Shown: piece after piece, positions 20,205 to 31,800 of the stretch | How the letters are laid out: each line of letters begins with the position of its first letter | Numbering within the stretch: position 1 is the stretch's first letter | Origin: an uncultured Dehalococcoidia bacterium | Lineage (GTDB): Bacteria; Chloroflexota; Dehalococcoidia; Lucifugimonadales; Lucifugimonadaceae | DNA length: 64,000 nt | Direction of reading: 5' to 3' | NCBI GenBank assembly: GCA_913052475.1 | Contig: CAJXEJ010000007.1 | Location: 911-64,910, forward strand | Program-made: the position numbers and the translations under genes | The notes under the pieces: model-generated | Database searches by the model: none | What the model saw: the letters and a program-made list of their open reading frames with translations, nothing else | What the model was told of the DNA's origin: nothing

Positions 20205-21438
20205 TAAGTTCGGTTTCGGGTTTCTAACCTCGAAATTCACCCTGACGAACGTCTACGATTCGGGATTTACGCGTCCGGACAACCGGTTTATTCCGGTCGG
20301 ATCAGACGATCTGATCGATTATCTGGCAAGTGACACTGAAACGTTCGGCGAACAGAGTTCTGCAATCGAGCAAGTCGCCAGTTGGTTGATTCAGATTCTT
20401 GAGCAGGAAAAATCGGCTTTCGAGCGGATTATCACTCGTACGTACGCCCGGATCAATCCCGATCGAGAAACGATCGACGTTCTCAACGGCAATCCTCCCG
20501 GTGATGATGAGTTCTTGTTGCTGAATTCCAAGGTTCAGCACATGCTCGAAAAGGCGAATTTCGAGAAACTTTCTGACGATCAGGTGAAAACGGCCCTCGA
20601 AGCCGGCAGCACGCACGGCATCAAGGTGAAACTTGACGAGGATAGCCTTGAAGAAATGTCGATCTGGGTACGGGGTCGTTCAACTGCGCCGTTTCATCGT
20701 CGAACACTTCGACACCCGATCAAAGGCGAAATAAGCAGTGTGGCGATATTCAATCGACTGGCGCTGATAACTCGTCCGTCCGGCGAAGCTAACGTTCAGG
20801 TGCGCCTTTTCAAAGACATCCCTATTCGCGATGTTGAAGCGTTGCTGCCGAATGCCAACGTGAGTATGGGCTTGCGAGACGCCGCAATGATGATCGGTAG
20901 CGGTGCTGGTGCGGTTTGGACGTTGGTGGCGAAGGTACTGGCAGTGGGCCTAGTGGCTGCGAGTCAACTGCTTTGGATAATTGCGCTACCGCTAGTCGGG
21001 CTTTTCTGGAAGATTTTCTCTGGATATCGACGTGCGATCAAAGATCGCGACTCCAATCGAGCGAAGCATCTGTATTTCCAGAGTTTGGGCGCAAATCGTA
21101 GTGCGATTCACTTGATTTCGTTCATGATCTGTGAAGAGGAAATCAAGGAGGCGGTGCTTATTTACGCCTTCTGCCTCGATGTCGAAAACGACGGGCGAGC
21201 AATGTCTGAATCAGCAATCAAGAGTGAAATAGAAACGTACTTGAAGAAATTGACCTCGAGCGAAGTCGATTTCGATATCGACGATGCTATCGAGACGCTT
21301 GATCGACTGGGTTTGTGGAAAGATCGTGCCGCTTTGCAGGTAATCGGCATCGACGAGGCGTCGGACAAGCTCGAATCGCACTGCCAACAAGGGTTATCTC
21401 GCGATTATCACGCCGATTTGTTGGGCATTGCAGAGTAA
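20194..21438 (+). CDS. DUF3754/TMEM143-like membrane protein
   Basis: RFIPV, LFKDIPIRDVEALLP, two TM helices, EEEIKEAVL, VDFDIDDA. Confidence 0.75.
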   Translation: MTGSKFGFGFLTSKFTLTNVYDSGFTRPDNRFIPVGSDDLIDYLASDTETFGEQSSAIEQVASWLIQILEQEKSAFERIITRTYARINPDRETIDVLNGNPPGDDEFLLLNSKVQHMLEKANFEKLSDDQVKTALEAGSTHGIKVKLDEDSLEEMSIWVRGRSTAPFHRRTLRHPIKGEISSVAIFNRLALITRPSGEANVQVRLFKDIPIRDVEALLPNANVSMGLRDAAMMIGSGAGAVWTLVAKVLAVGLVAASQLLWIIALPLVGLFWKIFSGYRRAIKDRDSNRAKHLYFQSLGANRSAIHLISFMICEEEIKEAVLIYAFCLDVENDGRAMSESAIKSEIETYLKKLTSSEVDFDIDDAIETLDRLGLWKDRAALQVIGIDEASDKLESHCQQGLSRDYHADLLGIAE

Positions 21439-21448
21439 GGGGATTCTC

Positions 21449-21718
21449 ACATTCAAAGTCGTTTTGTTCGACCTCGACGACAACCTGATTCCATACCATT
21501 TACGACAGCTTTGGATGCACTTGGGATTGAACCTACAGAAGCAGTGATGGTCGGCAAATTGTGGAGCAGCAATATTCAGGTGCAGCGAATCTAGGAATGG
21601 CGTCAATCTGGGTCAACCCAGATCGGAACCAGCGACCAGATTCGAGAAATCCGCCAACGTACGAGATCGACTTGTTGTCCCAAATGCCCAAGATATTGGG
21701 ACAGATTTAGGCGATATA
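21449..21718 (+). pseudogene. Degenerate HAD hydrolase remnant
   Basis: FKVVLFDLDDNL (motif I) lies almost directly next to ALDALGIEPTEAVMVG and GAANLGMASIWVN in other frames, implying an internal deletion plus frameshifts. Confidence 0.7.
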
Positions 21719-21722
21719 GCTC

Positions 21723-22466
21723 CTAAACGCCTATTCCGCCTTGAACGATCTTTTCGTCGCGGACGATGTCGCCTAGTGCGAGGGTGTGTGACGAGTCGTT
21801 GATTGTTCCGATGTGCCAACCAAGTTTGCCGAAACGGAAACGACTGATAGAGCAGTTGAAGATGTCAGTGCGCATCGCAAGTCGGTTGTCCATGCCTGTG
21901 ATGTAGTGCAGCAGTGCCCGCATCGTGTCACCGTGGCTGACGATTGCGATCGGGTGTGTGCCGGGCTTCTGGTACCAATCTTTGTTGTACAGAATTTCAT
22001 CTTCGAGCCAGTTCGAGGCACGACGTTCAACCCAACGCATCGTTTCGCCGTCGGCCGCTTTGAAGTATTTGCCTTTTTCGGCCATCAACAGGCGTACTTC
22101 GGTAGGCATAACGTCCTTGGCGAGCTTTCCTCTCCATGCCGGGGTTTGCTTCTCGATTATGGCGTCGACCTGTTCGTATTCGGTGCCTTCGAGTCCCATA
22201 CCACGCAGCACACCTTCGGTCGTCTGCTTTGCTCTAACGAGTGACGACGAGAAGATCTTCTCGAACTTCACGCCCTCTTCGCCCAGCCTTCTGCCGGCTG
22301 CCTCGGCCTGCTGGTGGCCTCGATCGGTCATCGGCGCATCGAAGTTCTCGCCGGCTGCAATGCCCGGCGTGATGTTTGATATCGATTCGCCGTGCCTGAT
22401 GAAGTAAAAATCGAATTCGACGTTGTCGTGAATCAACTCTAGAGTCTCCCGATGTACTGATCGCAA
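21723..22466 (-). CDS. Histidine phosphatase (phosphoglycerate mutase-like)
   Basis: FIRHGES, SSSLVRAKQT, VSHGD, NCSIS. Confidence 0.88.
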   Translation of the reverse strand: MRSVHRETLELIHDNVEFDFYFIRHGESISNITPGIAAGENFDAPMTDRGHQQAEAAGRRLGEEGVKFEKIFSSSLVRAKQTTEGVLRGMGLEGTEYEQVDAIIEKQTPAWRGKLAKDVMPTEVRLLMAEKGKYFKAADGETMRWVERRASNWLEDEILYNKDWYQKPGTHPIAIVSHGDTMRALLHYITGMDNRLAMRTDIFNCSISRFRFGKLGWHIGTINDSSHTLALGDIVRDEKIVQGGIGV

Positions 22467-22838
22467 GCCGAAAAAACCGGCAGACGAACAGTATCACTCC
22501 CTGAACATCGAATGTGTTGTTGATGAGAGACCTATGGAATCAAGAATGCTGGTTCCCTGAGAACGAGATTGCCATGAACAGTAGTTGGAAGTTCAGGTGG
22601 GGTTTGATTTCGAGTTGCACTGTTGATGCATACTCAACTCGCTATCTGGTACGTAAAAACGACCGTTGTTGGGCTTCAAGGGGAACGTCATGAATGAGGT
22701 GAAAACGGCTATCGTTGAGTTCGGATACTATTACGCTCAGCGCACGAGTGCACAACTATTGGCCTTTGCCTAACGGTTCATGACGCTGAGCACCTGTACG
22801 ATGCCTACACACGAATATCAGTCACCTAAGAGGACAAC

Positions 22839-23669
22839 ATGAACCCAGCTGATCTGAAAGCTGCACTAAAAGCTAAGAAACCCGTATTTGGATTTATGGT
22901 CTCCGCCACCTCAAGTATGCGCTGGGGGCGAGTGTTTGCTGGTAGCACTCTCGATTTCGTTGTGATCGACTCAGAGCACGGATCACGTGACCGACAGTTG
23001 ATTGCCGACACGGTTGCGCAGATGCAGTCGCTCGATATCACCGCAATCGTTCGAACACCCAACACGGAAGAAGTGTGGGTTGCGATGGCTCTCGATGCCG
23101 GAGCAGACGGCGTATTGGTTCCCTACTGCGAGACGGTGGACGAAGTTCGACACACCTGCATGAAACTTCGAACCCACCCGTTGAAGGGTGAGTACTACGA
23201 ACGAGTAGTAGAGACAGGGGAGTACCCGAGCGCGAAGTCTGAGGCGTATTTGAACGCACGCCACAAAGACCAGATCTTCATCATGGGCATTGAGAGTGAA
23301 CCGGCAGCGAACCGGGTCGAGGAGCTCATCGATTGCGCACCGATCGATGCGGTGTTCATTGGTCCCAACGATATGACTACGTCCCTGGGCATTCCGGATG
23401 AAGTGGATAACCCGATTTACCTCGACACTTTGAGCAAGGTAATTGGCGAGGCCGACAAGCGCGGGTTGCCAACGATGATTCACCAGCAGACAATCGAGGC
23501 ATCGACGACAGCTATTGATCTGGGTGCACGATTTATCATGCACTCGTCCGACTCTGGCATCCTGCTGCGAGGGACTCAGGACGAGTTTGCTGAACTTCGA
23601 GAGATTGCTGGAAAAAAGCACGGCGGTGTTGTTTCAGTCGAGGCAGAGGACACACTCGACGTCGTTTAG
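22839..23669 (+). CDS. HpcH/HpaI aldolase family protein
   Basis: DFVVIDSEHG, LDAGADGVLVP, GIES, FIGPND; GAGG RBS. Confidence 0.9.
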   Translation: MNPADLKAALKAKKPVFGFMVSATSSMRWGRVFAGSTLDFVVIDSEHGSRDRQLIADTVAQMQSLDITAIVRTPNTEEVWVAMALDAGADGVLVPYCETVDEVRHTCMKLRTHPLKGEYYERVVETGEYPSAKSEAYLNARHKDQIFIMGIESEPAANRVEELIDCAPIDAVFIGPNDMTTSLGIPDEVDNPIYLDTLSKVIGEADKRGLPTMIHQQTIEASTTAIDLGARFIMHSSDSGILLRGTQDEFAELREIAGKKHGGVVSVEAEDTLDVV

Positions 23670-23788
23670 CACTCACAGGGGGCTTTTTTTATTTTCGCCG
23701 CTGTTGTGGAATCAGAGCGAATGACAGTGCCGATCGTGTGGTGCGATTTGACGTGACCGTGTCAGTAGAAAAATTCCGCACTACGGCT

Positions 23789-24520
23789 CTAGCTCAGCGT
23801 GAACTTGTGGAAGGATTCGGCGTAGTCGGCGTTGATCTTCTTACCGATGTCGGCGCGACGTTGTTTCATCCACTTTCCAGCCTCTTCGGGATTGCTCACC
23901 TGGCTTACGTGGCCCTTGAGTGCTGCGATCGACGTGTCGACATCCTGTTCGGTCAGCGGGTTCCAGAAATTAGCGTTCTCGCCAAAGCTCATTACCCAGA
24001 CTTCGCGCACCTTGTGTGGCTCGAGACCCTCGTCGTAGAACAGTTCCGGGAACGTCAGGTGGTCTCGTGCTGATGGAAAGACCGCTGAAAGCGCAGCTTC
24101 GCCTGCAGCGAAATGATCGGGGTGGCCAATGTAAGACGCGCTCAGTAAATCACGAGTTGGGCTGACAGTGATGAGCACATCGGGTTTGTGCTTCCGAATA
24201 TGGCGAGAAATATCACGGCGCAAATCAAGACTTGGTTCGAGATATCCGTCGGGGTAGCCGAGGAATTCGACGGTTTTCAGACCGAGCGTTTTTCCGGCGG
24301 TTCGCTGTTCTTCGGCACGGATTTCAGCGAGTTGTTCTAAGGAAATATCTCGATCTTCAGTTCCCTTTGAGCCGTCGGTGCAGAGCACGTAGACGACTTC
24401 CCATCCTAAACGGCACCACTTGGCGACACTTCCGGAGCAACCGTACTCGGCGTCATCGGGATGGGCAGTGACCACCATAGCTCGCTTGAAATCGTCGTTC
24501 GAACCGTCACCAGTAGTCAT
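23789..24520 (-). CDS. PIG-L family deacetylase
   Basis: AHPDDAE and GHPDH motifs. Confidence 0.92.
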   Translation of the reverse strand: MTTGDGSNDDFKRAMVVTAHPDDAEYGCSGSVAKWCRLGWEVVYVLCTDGSKGTEDRDISLEQLAEIRAEEQRTAGKTLGLKTVEFLGYPDGYLEPSLDLRRDISRHIRKHKPDVLITVSPTRDLLSASYIGHPDHFAAGEAALSAVFPSARDHLTFPELFYDEGLEPHKVREVWVMSFGENANFWNPLTEQDVDTSIAALKGHVSQVSNPEEAGKWMKQRRADIGKKINADYAESFHKFTLS

Positions 24521-24621
24521 GTACTACCGACCCCTATGAGAAGAACTAGAAGAAGAAAACGCGCCGCAACAATCGCGCGCAGTCGAAAATTCTAGCACCT
24601 ATAATCGGAATTCTACGTTCG

Positions 24622-25356
24622 TTAACCGAGGTGTCGCGACACGAACTCGGTCACGGATTTAACTGCGGGTTTTGAGGAAAAAAATGTGCTGTCATGATCG
24701 GTATCTGGAAACGCCGAGAGTTCAAATCCGTATTTTTCGGAGGATAGCTTTGCGTTGGCGAAGTGACCATCATCTTCTCCGCAGAACAGAAGAGTCGGTG
24801 CCGAGTGTTTGCACATCCTTCCCTTTGCGCCGCGCCACCACAGCAGGGCTTCGTGCGAAGCGGCGAGTGCCAGCGGATCGTTTCCAGGTCGATCGCCATC
24901 CGGCTGCTCAACCGACTTTGCCCTGCCCGAGCGGAGCACCTTGATGTGACGTTCAAAGCGGTTCGCATTTTCCGTGGCAGGTAGCAGGTGCATTCCACCG
25001 ATAGCCAGCATCCTCAGTCGCTCAGGAGTTGACGCTGCCAGTTCAAGGCCGGTTCGCCCCCCCATCGAAAAACCGACATATCCGAATTGTTCTGTTGAGA
25101 ATTCGTCAGCTAGGGCGTTAACTACTTCGGCCCGTTGTTCGACGGTGTGATCGGCGGGATCGTGCGTGCGAGTGGAAAGACCATGGCCAACCGCATCGAA
25201 GATAAGCACGCTGGCGTGTTTTTCAAGCGATTCGATCCAACCACCACGATTCCAGTCTCGGCCCCACGCTCCAAAACCGTGATGAAGGATCAGCAATGGT
25301 CCGGAACCAGAGATTTCGTAATTAATTTCAAGCGAACCGAACTTCATTGTTGGCAT
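24622..25356 (-). CDS. Alpha/beta hydrolase
   Basis: HHGFG, GFSMGG nucleophile elbow, GEDD, DH. Confidence 0.85.
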   Translation of the reverse strand: MPTMKFGSLEINYEISGSGPLLILHHGFGAWGRDWNRGGWIESLEKHASVLIFDAVGHGLSTRTHDPADHTVEQRAEVVNALADEFSTEQFGYVGFSMGGRTGLELAASTPERLRMLAIGGMHLLPATENANRFERHIKVLRSGRAKSVEQPDGDRPGNDPLALAASHEALLWWRGAKGRMCKHSAPTLLFCGEDDGHFANAKLSSEKYGFELSAFPDTDHDSTFFSSKPAVKSVTEFVSRHLG

Positions 25357-25466
25357 TCGATGATTCTAATTGCTTTGACAACGCGTTTTTGGTCCGGACG
25401 AATGTAAAATCGTTCAGTCGTCCATCGGCGGTCGTACTAATAGTCTTCAGTTGGAGCGTCAAATCA

Positions 25467-25973
25467 ATGGCAAATCCGCTCGTTTCGGTGATCATGGGTA
25501 GCACTTCGGACCTTCCGACGATGCAGCACGCGGCCGACATGCTTGAAGAGCTTGGGGTTCCACACGAGATTCGTGTTGTTTCGGCCCACCGTACGCCTGA
25601 TCTCATGTTCAAGTTCGCCGAAGAGGCGAAAGATCGCGGAATCAAGGTCATCGTAGCCAGTGCTGGTGGAGCCGCCCACCTGCCGGGAATGACAGCCGCG
25701 AAGACGATCCTTCCGGTGATCGGCGTTCCTGGCGTAGGGCCTCACCTCGACGGCATGGACTCGTTGTTGTCGATGGTGCAGATGCCACGCGGCTACCCGG
25801 TTGGGACGGTCGCAATTGGCGAGTGGGGAGCTGTGAACGCGGGGATTCTGGCAGCTCAGATCGTCGGACTTAGCGATCCAGCGATTCAGCAGAATATCGA
25901 AACCCGACGCGCTCGAATTACCGCCGAGATCGAAACGGTTACCTACGTGAAGTCCGAAGGCAGCGGCGAGTAA
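25467..25973 (+). CDS. purE: N5-carboxyaminoimidazole ribonucleotide mutase
   Basis: [30 protein letters not shown]. Confidence 0.97.
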   Translation: MANPLVSVIMGSTSDLPTMQHAADMLEELGVPHEIRVVSAHRTPDLMFKFAEEAKDRGIKVIVASAGGAAHLPGMTAAKTILPVIGVPGVGPHLDGMDSLLSMVQMPRGYPVGTVAIGEWGAVNAGILAAQIVGLSDPAIQQNIETRRARITAEIETVTYVKSEGSGE

Positions 25974-25976
25974 TTA

Positions 25977-27140
25977 ATGCAACGAGAATCACTTCTGAAC
26001 CCCGGTTCGACTATCGGAATCATTGGGGGCGGTCAGTTGGGCCGAATGCTCGCTATCTCTGCGCGCCAGATGGACTACAAGACCATCGTGTTGGACCCGG
26101 ATTCAGGATGCCCAACCGGTCAGGTCGCTGACGGTCAGATCGCTGAGGCGTATTCGAATCGTGGCGCATCACGCGAACTTGCTCGCTCGTCTGATGTAGT
26201 CACCTATGAGTTCGAGAATGTTGATGCTGATTCGGTATCAGATGCCGCTGAACTGGTGTTGGTGCACCCTTCGGCTTCGGTATTGCGTACAACTCAGCAC
26301 CGATTGCACGAGAAGAACGCTTTGCTCAAAGCAGGTGTATCGGTTGCACCGTTCCGAAGCGTCGAATCGCTCAGTGATTTGGAGGCTGCCGGCGTCGATC
26401 TCGGATTTCCGATGATTCTGAAGACAGCTACGCAGGGCTACGATGGCAAGGGGCAGGCCATCATTACTCGTCAGGAGGATATCGAGCCTGCATACGAATT
26501 GCTCAGCATCGGGCCCGCCGAACTGATTGTCGAGCAGTACGTGCCGTTCGCGATGGAGATATCGACAATTTGCGCTCGTACCGTCGATGGTCAGACTGCG
26601 ACGTTCCCACCGTCGGAAAATATTCATCGAAACCACATTCTTGATATTTCAATTGTCCCGCCGAGAATCCCTGACAGTGTGATAGAAAACGCTCGATTGC
26701 TGGCCGCAGATATCGCGTTACAGTTGGAAGTGGTTGGGCTTATCGCGGTTGAAATGTTCGTCACCAATGAAAATGAACTGCTGGTCAACGAGCTTGCCCC
26801 GCGCCCCCACAACTCCGGGCATTACACGATGGATGGCTGTGATACTTCACAGTTCGAGCAATTAGTGAGGGTGCTGGCAGGATTACCAGTTTCTGAGCCG
26901 AAACTTCACTCGCCGACCGTCATGGTGAATCTGATGGGCGAAATTTGGGAAGATACCGGCGGGAATCCCGATTGGGCGGGGGCGCTTGAAATGCCGGGCG
27001 TTAGTCTGCACCTGTACGGGAAGTCGGAAGCGAGGTTGGGTCGCAAAATGGGGCACATCAACGTTGTTGCCGATACCGTCGAGGATGCGCTGTATATCGC
27101 CACAGAAGCCCGTGACCGGGTGTGGCGTCGCACGAAGTAG
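25977..27140 (+). CDS. purK: N5-carboxyaminoimidazole ribonucleotide synthase
   Basis: GGGQLGRM, TYEFEN, GYDGKGQ, NELAPRPHNSGH, RKMGH; directly follows purE. Confidence 0.97.
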   Translation: MQRESLLNPGSTIGIIGGGQLGRMLAISARQMDYKTIVLDPDSGCPTGQVADGQIAEAYSNRGASRELARSSDVVTYEFENVDADSVSDAAELVLVHPSASVLRTTQHRLHEKNALLKAGVSVAPFRSVESLSDLEAAGVDLGFPMILKTATQGYDGKGQAIITRQEDIEPAYELLSIGPAELIVEQYVPFAMEISTICARTVDGQTATFPPSENIHRNHILDISIVPPRIPDSVIENARLLAADIALQLEVVGLIAVEMFVTNENELLVNELAPRPHNSGHYTMDGCDTSQFEQLVRVLAGLPVSEPKLHSPTVMVNLMGEIWEDTGGNPDWAGALEMPGVSLHLYGKSEARLGRKMGHINVVADTVEDALYIATEARDRVWRRTK

Positions 27141-27165
27141 TCCCCTCTGGCACCGCCAACTGAAT

Positions 27166-27945
27166 CTATTCTTCGTTTGGCCGTTTGAACTGGGCGCTGA
27201 CGTCGACGTGTTTGCCGACTTCGGTTAGCTCGATCTCGCCGTTATGAACTGTGTAGATCTTATCGGCTAGGTCGAGAAGCGTGCGGTCGTGCGTCGTCGC
27301 AACGATCGACATGTCCTCTTCACTCACCATCTGTCGGAACAGGCCGAAAATCTCAGCGGCGTTTACCGAGTCGAGTTCGCCGGTAGGCTCGTCTGCAAGA
27401 ATCACGTTTGGCTTCATGGCAACGGCGCGAGCGATAGAAATTCGCTGTTGCTCACCACCGGATAGTTCGTATGGACGGTGCTTTGCTCGTCGGCCAAGGC
27501 CAACGATATCGAGCACTTCGTTTGTGCGCTTTGATCGCTCCGATGCGCCAATTCCTGCAATTCGCATTGGTAGCTCAACGTTTTCGTAGGCGGAAAGTAA
27601 CGGCAGTAGCGCGAATGACTGGAACACAACACCAATGCGATGCCTACGAAGCCGAATGAACTGCTTTTCGCTGAAATTCGCCATGTCGTCACCCTCGAAA
27701 TACACCTGACCCGAAGTCGGATGATCTAAACCTGCCAGCATGTTTAGCAGCGTGGTCTTGCCAGAACCGGAACGGCCCACCAGAGTAATGAACTCGCCGA
27801 TTCGAATATCGAGATCGACTCTGCGAACTGCATGAACGATTTCGCCAGCCAGTTCGTATTCGCGTGAAGCACCAACCGCTTGAATAATAGGGGCGGTGGC
27901 ACCGCGTTCGTCTCGTGCAGTTATTTGCTCAGTCGCCTGACTCAA
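27166..27945 (-). CDS. ABC transporter ATP-binding protein (LolD/MacB-like)
   Basis: [26 protein letters not shown]. Confidence 0.93.
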   Translation of the reverse strand: MSQATEQITARDERGATAPIIQAVGASREYELAGEIVHAVRRVDLDIRIGEFITLVGRSGSGKTTLLNMLAGLDHPTSGQVYFEGDDMANFSEKQFIRLRRHRIGVVFQSFALLPLLSAYENVELPMRIAGIGASERSKRTNEVLDIVGLGRRAKHRPYELSGGEQQRISIARAVAMKPNVILADEPTGELDSVNAAEIFGLFRQMVSEEDMSIVATTHDRTLLDLADKIYTVHNGEIELTEVGKHVDVSAQFKRPNEE

Positions 27946-28807
27946 GTGTCACTCTTCCGTCTTTCGTGTCTACTCGAACTCGGCGTCCGATGTTTAGTTC
28001 GTCGAGCATCTCACGCGGGATCTGCACGGAACCTGCCGAATCGATAAGCAGGAACTCTTCGGTATCCGTTGCATAGCCACCGAGTTTTCGTTCGAATGAA
28101 ACTTCTCGAGTTGTTTCGGTGCTGGTTTTACCGTCTTTAATGGCCACTGCCCGCCCAACGCTAGTTGCGATAGCCGGGTCGTGAGTAACGATCACGATGG
28201 TCGTACCGAGATCCTGGTTGAGCTTGTTCAGCAGTTTGAGAACCTCTTCACCGGTCTTGTCGTCCAACTCACCGGTAGGCTCGTCAGCGAGCAACAGAGG
28301 TGGCTGGTTCGATAGACCAACGGCAATGGCAACTCGCTGTTGCTCACCGCCGGAGAGTTGGGCTGGTTTGTGATTGGCTCGATCCGCAAGCCCTACGACA
28401 TAGAGAAGCTCTTCCGCTCGTTTCTTGCGCTCGGGGCCGGGTGCACCTGAAATGACCATTGGTAGTTCAACATTTTCGAAGGCTGTCAGGTACGGGAACA
28501 GGTTTCGCGAGGTTTCTTGCCAGATGAACCCAACTTCGTGCCGGCGATACTCGACGACCTCTTTGTTGGTCATCTGAAGCAGATCGTATTCGCCAACTCG
28601 GATTGTTCCGGCTGAAGGGGCGTCGTATCCAGCGAGGATGTTCAGCAGTGTCGATTTACCACTACCTGACGCACCGACAATGGCGATAATTTCACCTTGT
28701 TTTACGCCCAGTTCAAGACCGCGCAGTGCCACTACTTCAAGATCGGCAGCTTTGTAGATCTTGAACAGTCCGCTGCACTCGATGTAATTAGAATCCGGTG
28801 TTGTCAC
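27929..28807 (-). CDS. ABC ATP-binding protein with C-terminal AbrB-like extension
   Basis: [16 protein letters not shown]; tail IDSAGSVQIPREMLDELNI. Confidence 0.92.
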   Translation of the reverse strand: MTTPDSNYIECSGLFKIYKAADLEVVALRGLELGVKQGEIIAIVGASGSGKSTLLNILAGYDAPSAGTIRVGEYDLLQMTNKEVVEYRRHEVGFIWQETSRNLFPYLTAFENVELPMVISGAPGPERKKRAEELLYVVGLADRANHKPAQLSGGEQQRVAIAVGLSNQPPLLLADEPTGELDDKTGEEVLKLLNKLNQDLGTTIVIVTHDPAIATSVGRAVAIKDGKTSTETTREVSFERKLGGYATDTEEFLLIDSAGSVQIPREMLDELNIGRRVRVDTKDGRVTLESGD

Positions 28808-28847
28808 TTCGCGTCACCCTTAATTGATGAGCGATTAGTTCGGTTGA

Positions 28848-31800
28848 TCAACTTTCACCCATCCTCATGATTCGGTGTATCGACATTCGGTATACGGAAA
28901 TCAGGATTGCGCCGATCACACCAAGGAATACTAACCCTAAAAGTCCGAACGTAATCCCAAATCCAAACCAATCTATTTGAACAGCCATTGGAGGAACGAC
29001 TACTACGTTCTCTCCTGAATTCGCCAGATACGGCATGATCGCTGTGCCCATTTGGGCACCCATGTAGATGCCAAGCGCAACGGCGACTCCGATGACCATC
29101 ACCTGTTCCAAAACAACGAGGAACAGCAATTGTTTCATCGAAAGGCCGATGGTTCGGAGCAGAGCCAGTTCGGCACGACGCCCGTCGAACGTCACCTTGG
29201 CGTGAACGAGGAAACCGACCGCGCTTACGACTAGAACAGTGAAGAAGGCGATTCCCAGCAAGGCTCGCCAACCCGCAGATACAAGCGGGTCGAAAGCGAC
29301 ACTTGCCAGTTCCTGCGATCGGTCGGTTGTATTTGCACCGGGACGCAAACGGAGCGACGCCAGTTCTCGGCTGATATCGGGAACAGCCCTGTCGCCAGCG
29401 ATCACTGACTCGAGAATTCCTTCTTCGGCGACGAGGAGTTCGGAACCCTGAAGTGTGGATATCCAGAATTCGGTTGGTTGGATATTTCCGACTGTTCGGG
29501 TGATGTTGAGCCGTTCGTGGACGGCTCCAATATCGGCAAGTAGGAAAGATTCGTCATCGAGCGCCAGTGTCGGGAAGTATTCAACTACGTCGCGTATAGA
29601 AATATTAACGGGCGTGCCGTCCATCGCTATTTGCATGATCTTGCCATCTTCACCGCCGTAGCGTTCGACAAACGTAGTGCTTGCGATCACAGGCACTACT
29701 TCAAGTTCAGATCCATGGGCGAGACCGCGGTATTCGTTAGGTCCAGACCGAGTCCACCTCATGCGTGCGATTCCATCGAGCGGTTGGCCGTCCGGTGTTG
29801 AAGCGGGACCGAGATGGTCGCCAAGTGCCTCTCTCGTGGGTGCCATTGTTCGCCAGTTGTCGACCGAATCGAACGTTTCGATGATGATGAGTTCTGTTGC
29901 TTCTTTATTCAGCACCGCGACGTCGTCGATATCAAGTGCCGCCGGGCTGAGACCGTTTTCATAGTCGATCACACCGAGCGAGTGGAGACGGTTCGGCTCT
30001 TTGGGAAGAAGACCTGGAACCCCCCGGAAGTTGGTTGCCTGAATTGCTGCCCCAATCCGACACCACTCCGTGGGTTCGCCCTCGATTGGTAATGGGCAAT
30101 TGAATCGGAACTGGTCGGTAGCCAGTGGATTGAGATTGCCAAGCGGAACTGAGAAAAAATGGCCATTGTCGTCGGAAAGCCTCGCTACAAGGTACGTCGA
30201 TGACTGTCGCACGAGCGGGTGAACTCTGGCGGTTAGCCAGCGACCCTCGGCAGGAAGCTCGATTCCAGCGGCACCACCTACGTCAAGAACTGACGCTTTG
30301 TTTGCGAATGGTGTTAGCCCAAAATCGTCGCGGAACCATCCGACATCCTCAATTGTGTCTAGATCGACTCCAATGAACTGGAATCCTTCGACATTGATGC
30401 CCGCAGTAATATTGGCTGCATAGCGATAGATCGGTGAAGCTGCTTCAACATCTTCAAGCTCTGAAAGGTTGTCGACAACTGAGAACGATAATCCGCCTTC
30501 ACGAACGTTTACCGACGTCAGTTTTATATCGGCACCAGTGCGGTAGTACGCCTGATCGATCGCACTTTGTTCCAGCGTTGCACCGAAGCTGGCAGCGAAC
30601 ACGCCAAGGGCGGCGGTGAGGATCAGCAGGAGTGATAGTCGAGAGTGGTGGGCCGGGTTTCGAGCCATCTGCCAGATGCCGAGAATCAATGCCGGTGGCG
30701 TGACTGAAGACATTGGTCTGCGCGAGAGGACTCGTCCTATCAAATCCATTCCAACCGGGAAGATACGCAGTAGAACTAGACCGGCAGCAACCACGAATAT
30801 CGCAGGTACGCCAAGAATAAGTTGGTTGACCGTCGTTTCGCCGAAAATGCTGACCGCGACGAACGAGCCCTGCTTGGTGAGTTGCCAGAACAGGAACATA
30901 ACAAGGCCTAAGAACCCGAGGTCGAGATAGTAGCGCTGGATCACGGCCAATCGTACGGGCCTTGCTCGCGTCACGCGACTTGCCAGTAACCCCAGTCGTG
31001 TGGCTCGAAGTGCCGGAATGAACAGTGCGAGCAGCCCCAATAGACCACCGAAGAACGCCATGCGGAAGGCACCGATTGTCAGTTGCACCGGGAGCGGGTC
31101 GCCCGAGTTAAGTTCGCTGTAGAGGGGTAATACGCCGATGAATCCAACGCCGAACATAGCGAGGAACGGTCCTGATATTGCTGCGACAGTTGCCAGAAGC
31201 GCTGATTCGATGATGAAAACCGCCAGAATCTGACGTGAGGTAGCCCCACGAGTCCTGAGCAAGCCAACTTCACTACGTTGTGCGTCGACTAGGAGCGATG
31301 CCAGGGTTACGACGTAATAGAGGACGACGAGAACAATCAGTATCAACACGATAAACATCGGGAGTCGGTTGAAGAATAGATCGGTTTCGAAGGCGCTCAG
31401 TACCTGCGGAAGATCAGATCGTAACAGGAAGCCATCGACAATCGCTTTTAATTCGCGTTCGGTGGCATCAATCGTGTTTCGAATCGCTTCGGTTTCAGAT
31501 GCGGCAATTCGGGTCGGATCAACGTCGAGCCACCATGCGTAGTCCGTGCCCATGTTCGGAAAATAAGGCCCTAGCCCTTCGAGAATAGTCTTTTCCAGAA
31601 CTACAAATCGTGCGAACTGGAGCGTGTCGGTACGAGATCCAAATGCTTCGTTCTGGATGCGCCAGTGAGCCAGTTCAGGATCGACGCGTTCGTAGAGACC
31701 TGTAACCAGAATATTTACGCTGGTGTGTTCGTCTTCCCAGTGCGGTCGTGCCGGGTAGAGGTCGCCAACGCTGATGTCCATCATTTCAGCCGACTGGACA

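Noticed and set aside
22670..22720. 6S RNA call from GGGCTTCAAGGG similarity
   Set aside because: Could not build the full rod with central bubble by eye; kept only as an unassigned structured region.
22983..23621. 212-aa minus-strand ORF and the many other overlapping ORFs in the track
   Set aside because: Antisense or out-of-frame shadows of well-supported genes, without motifs.
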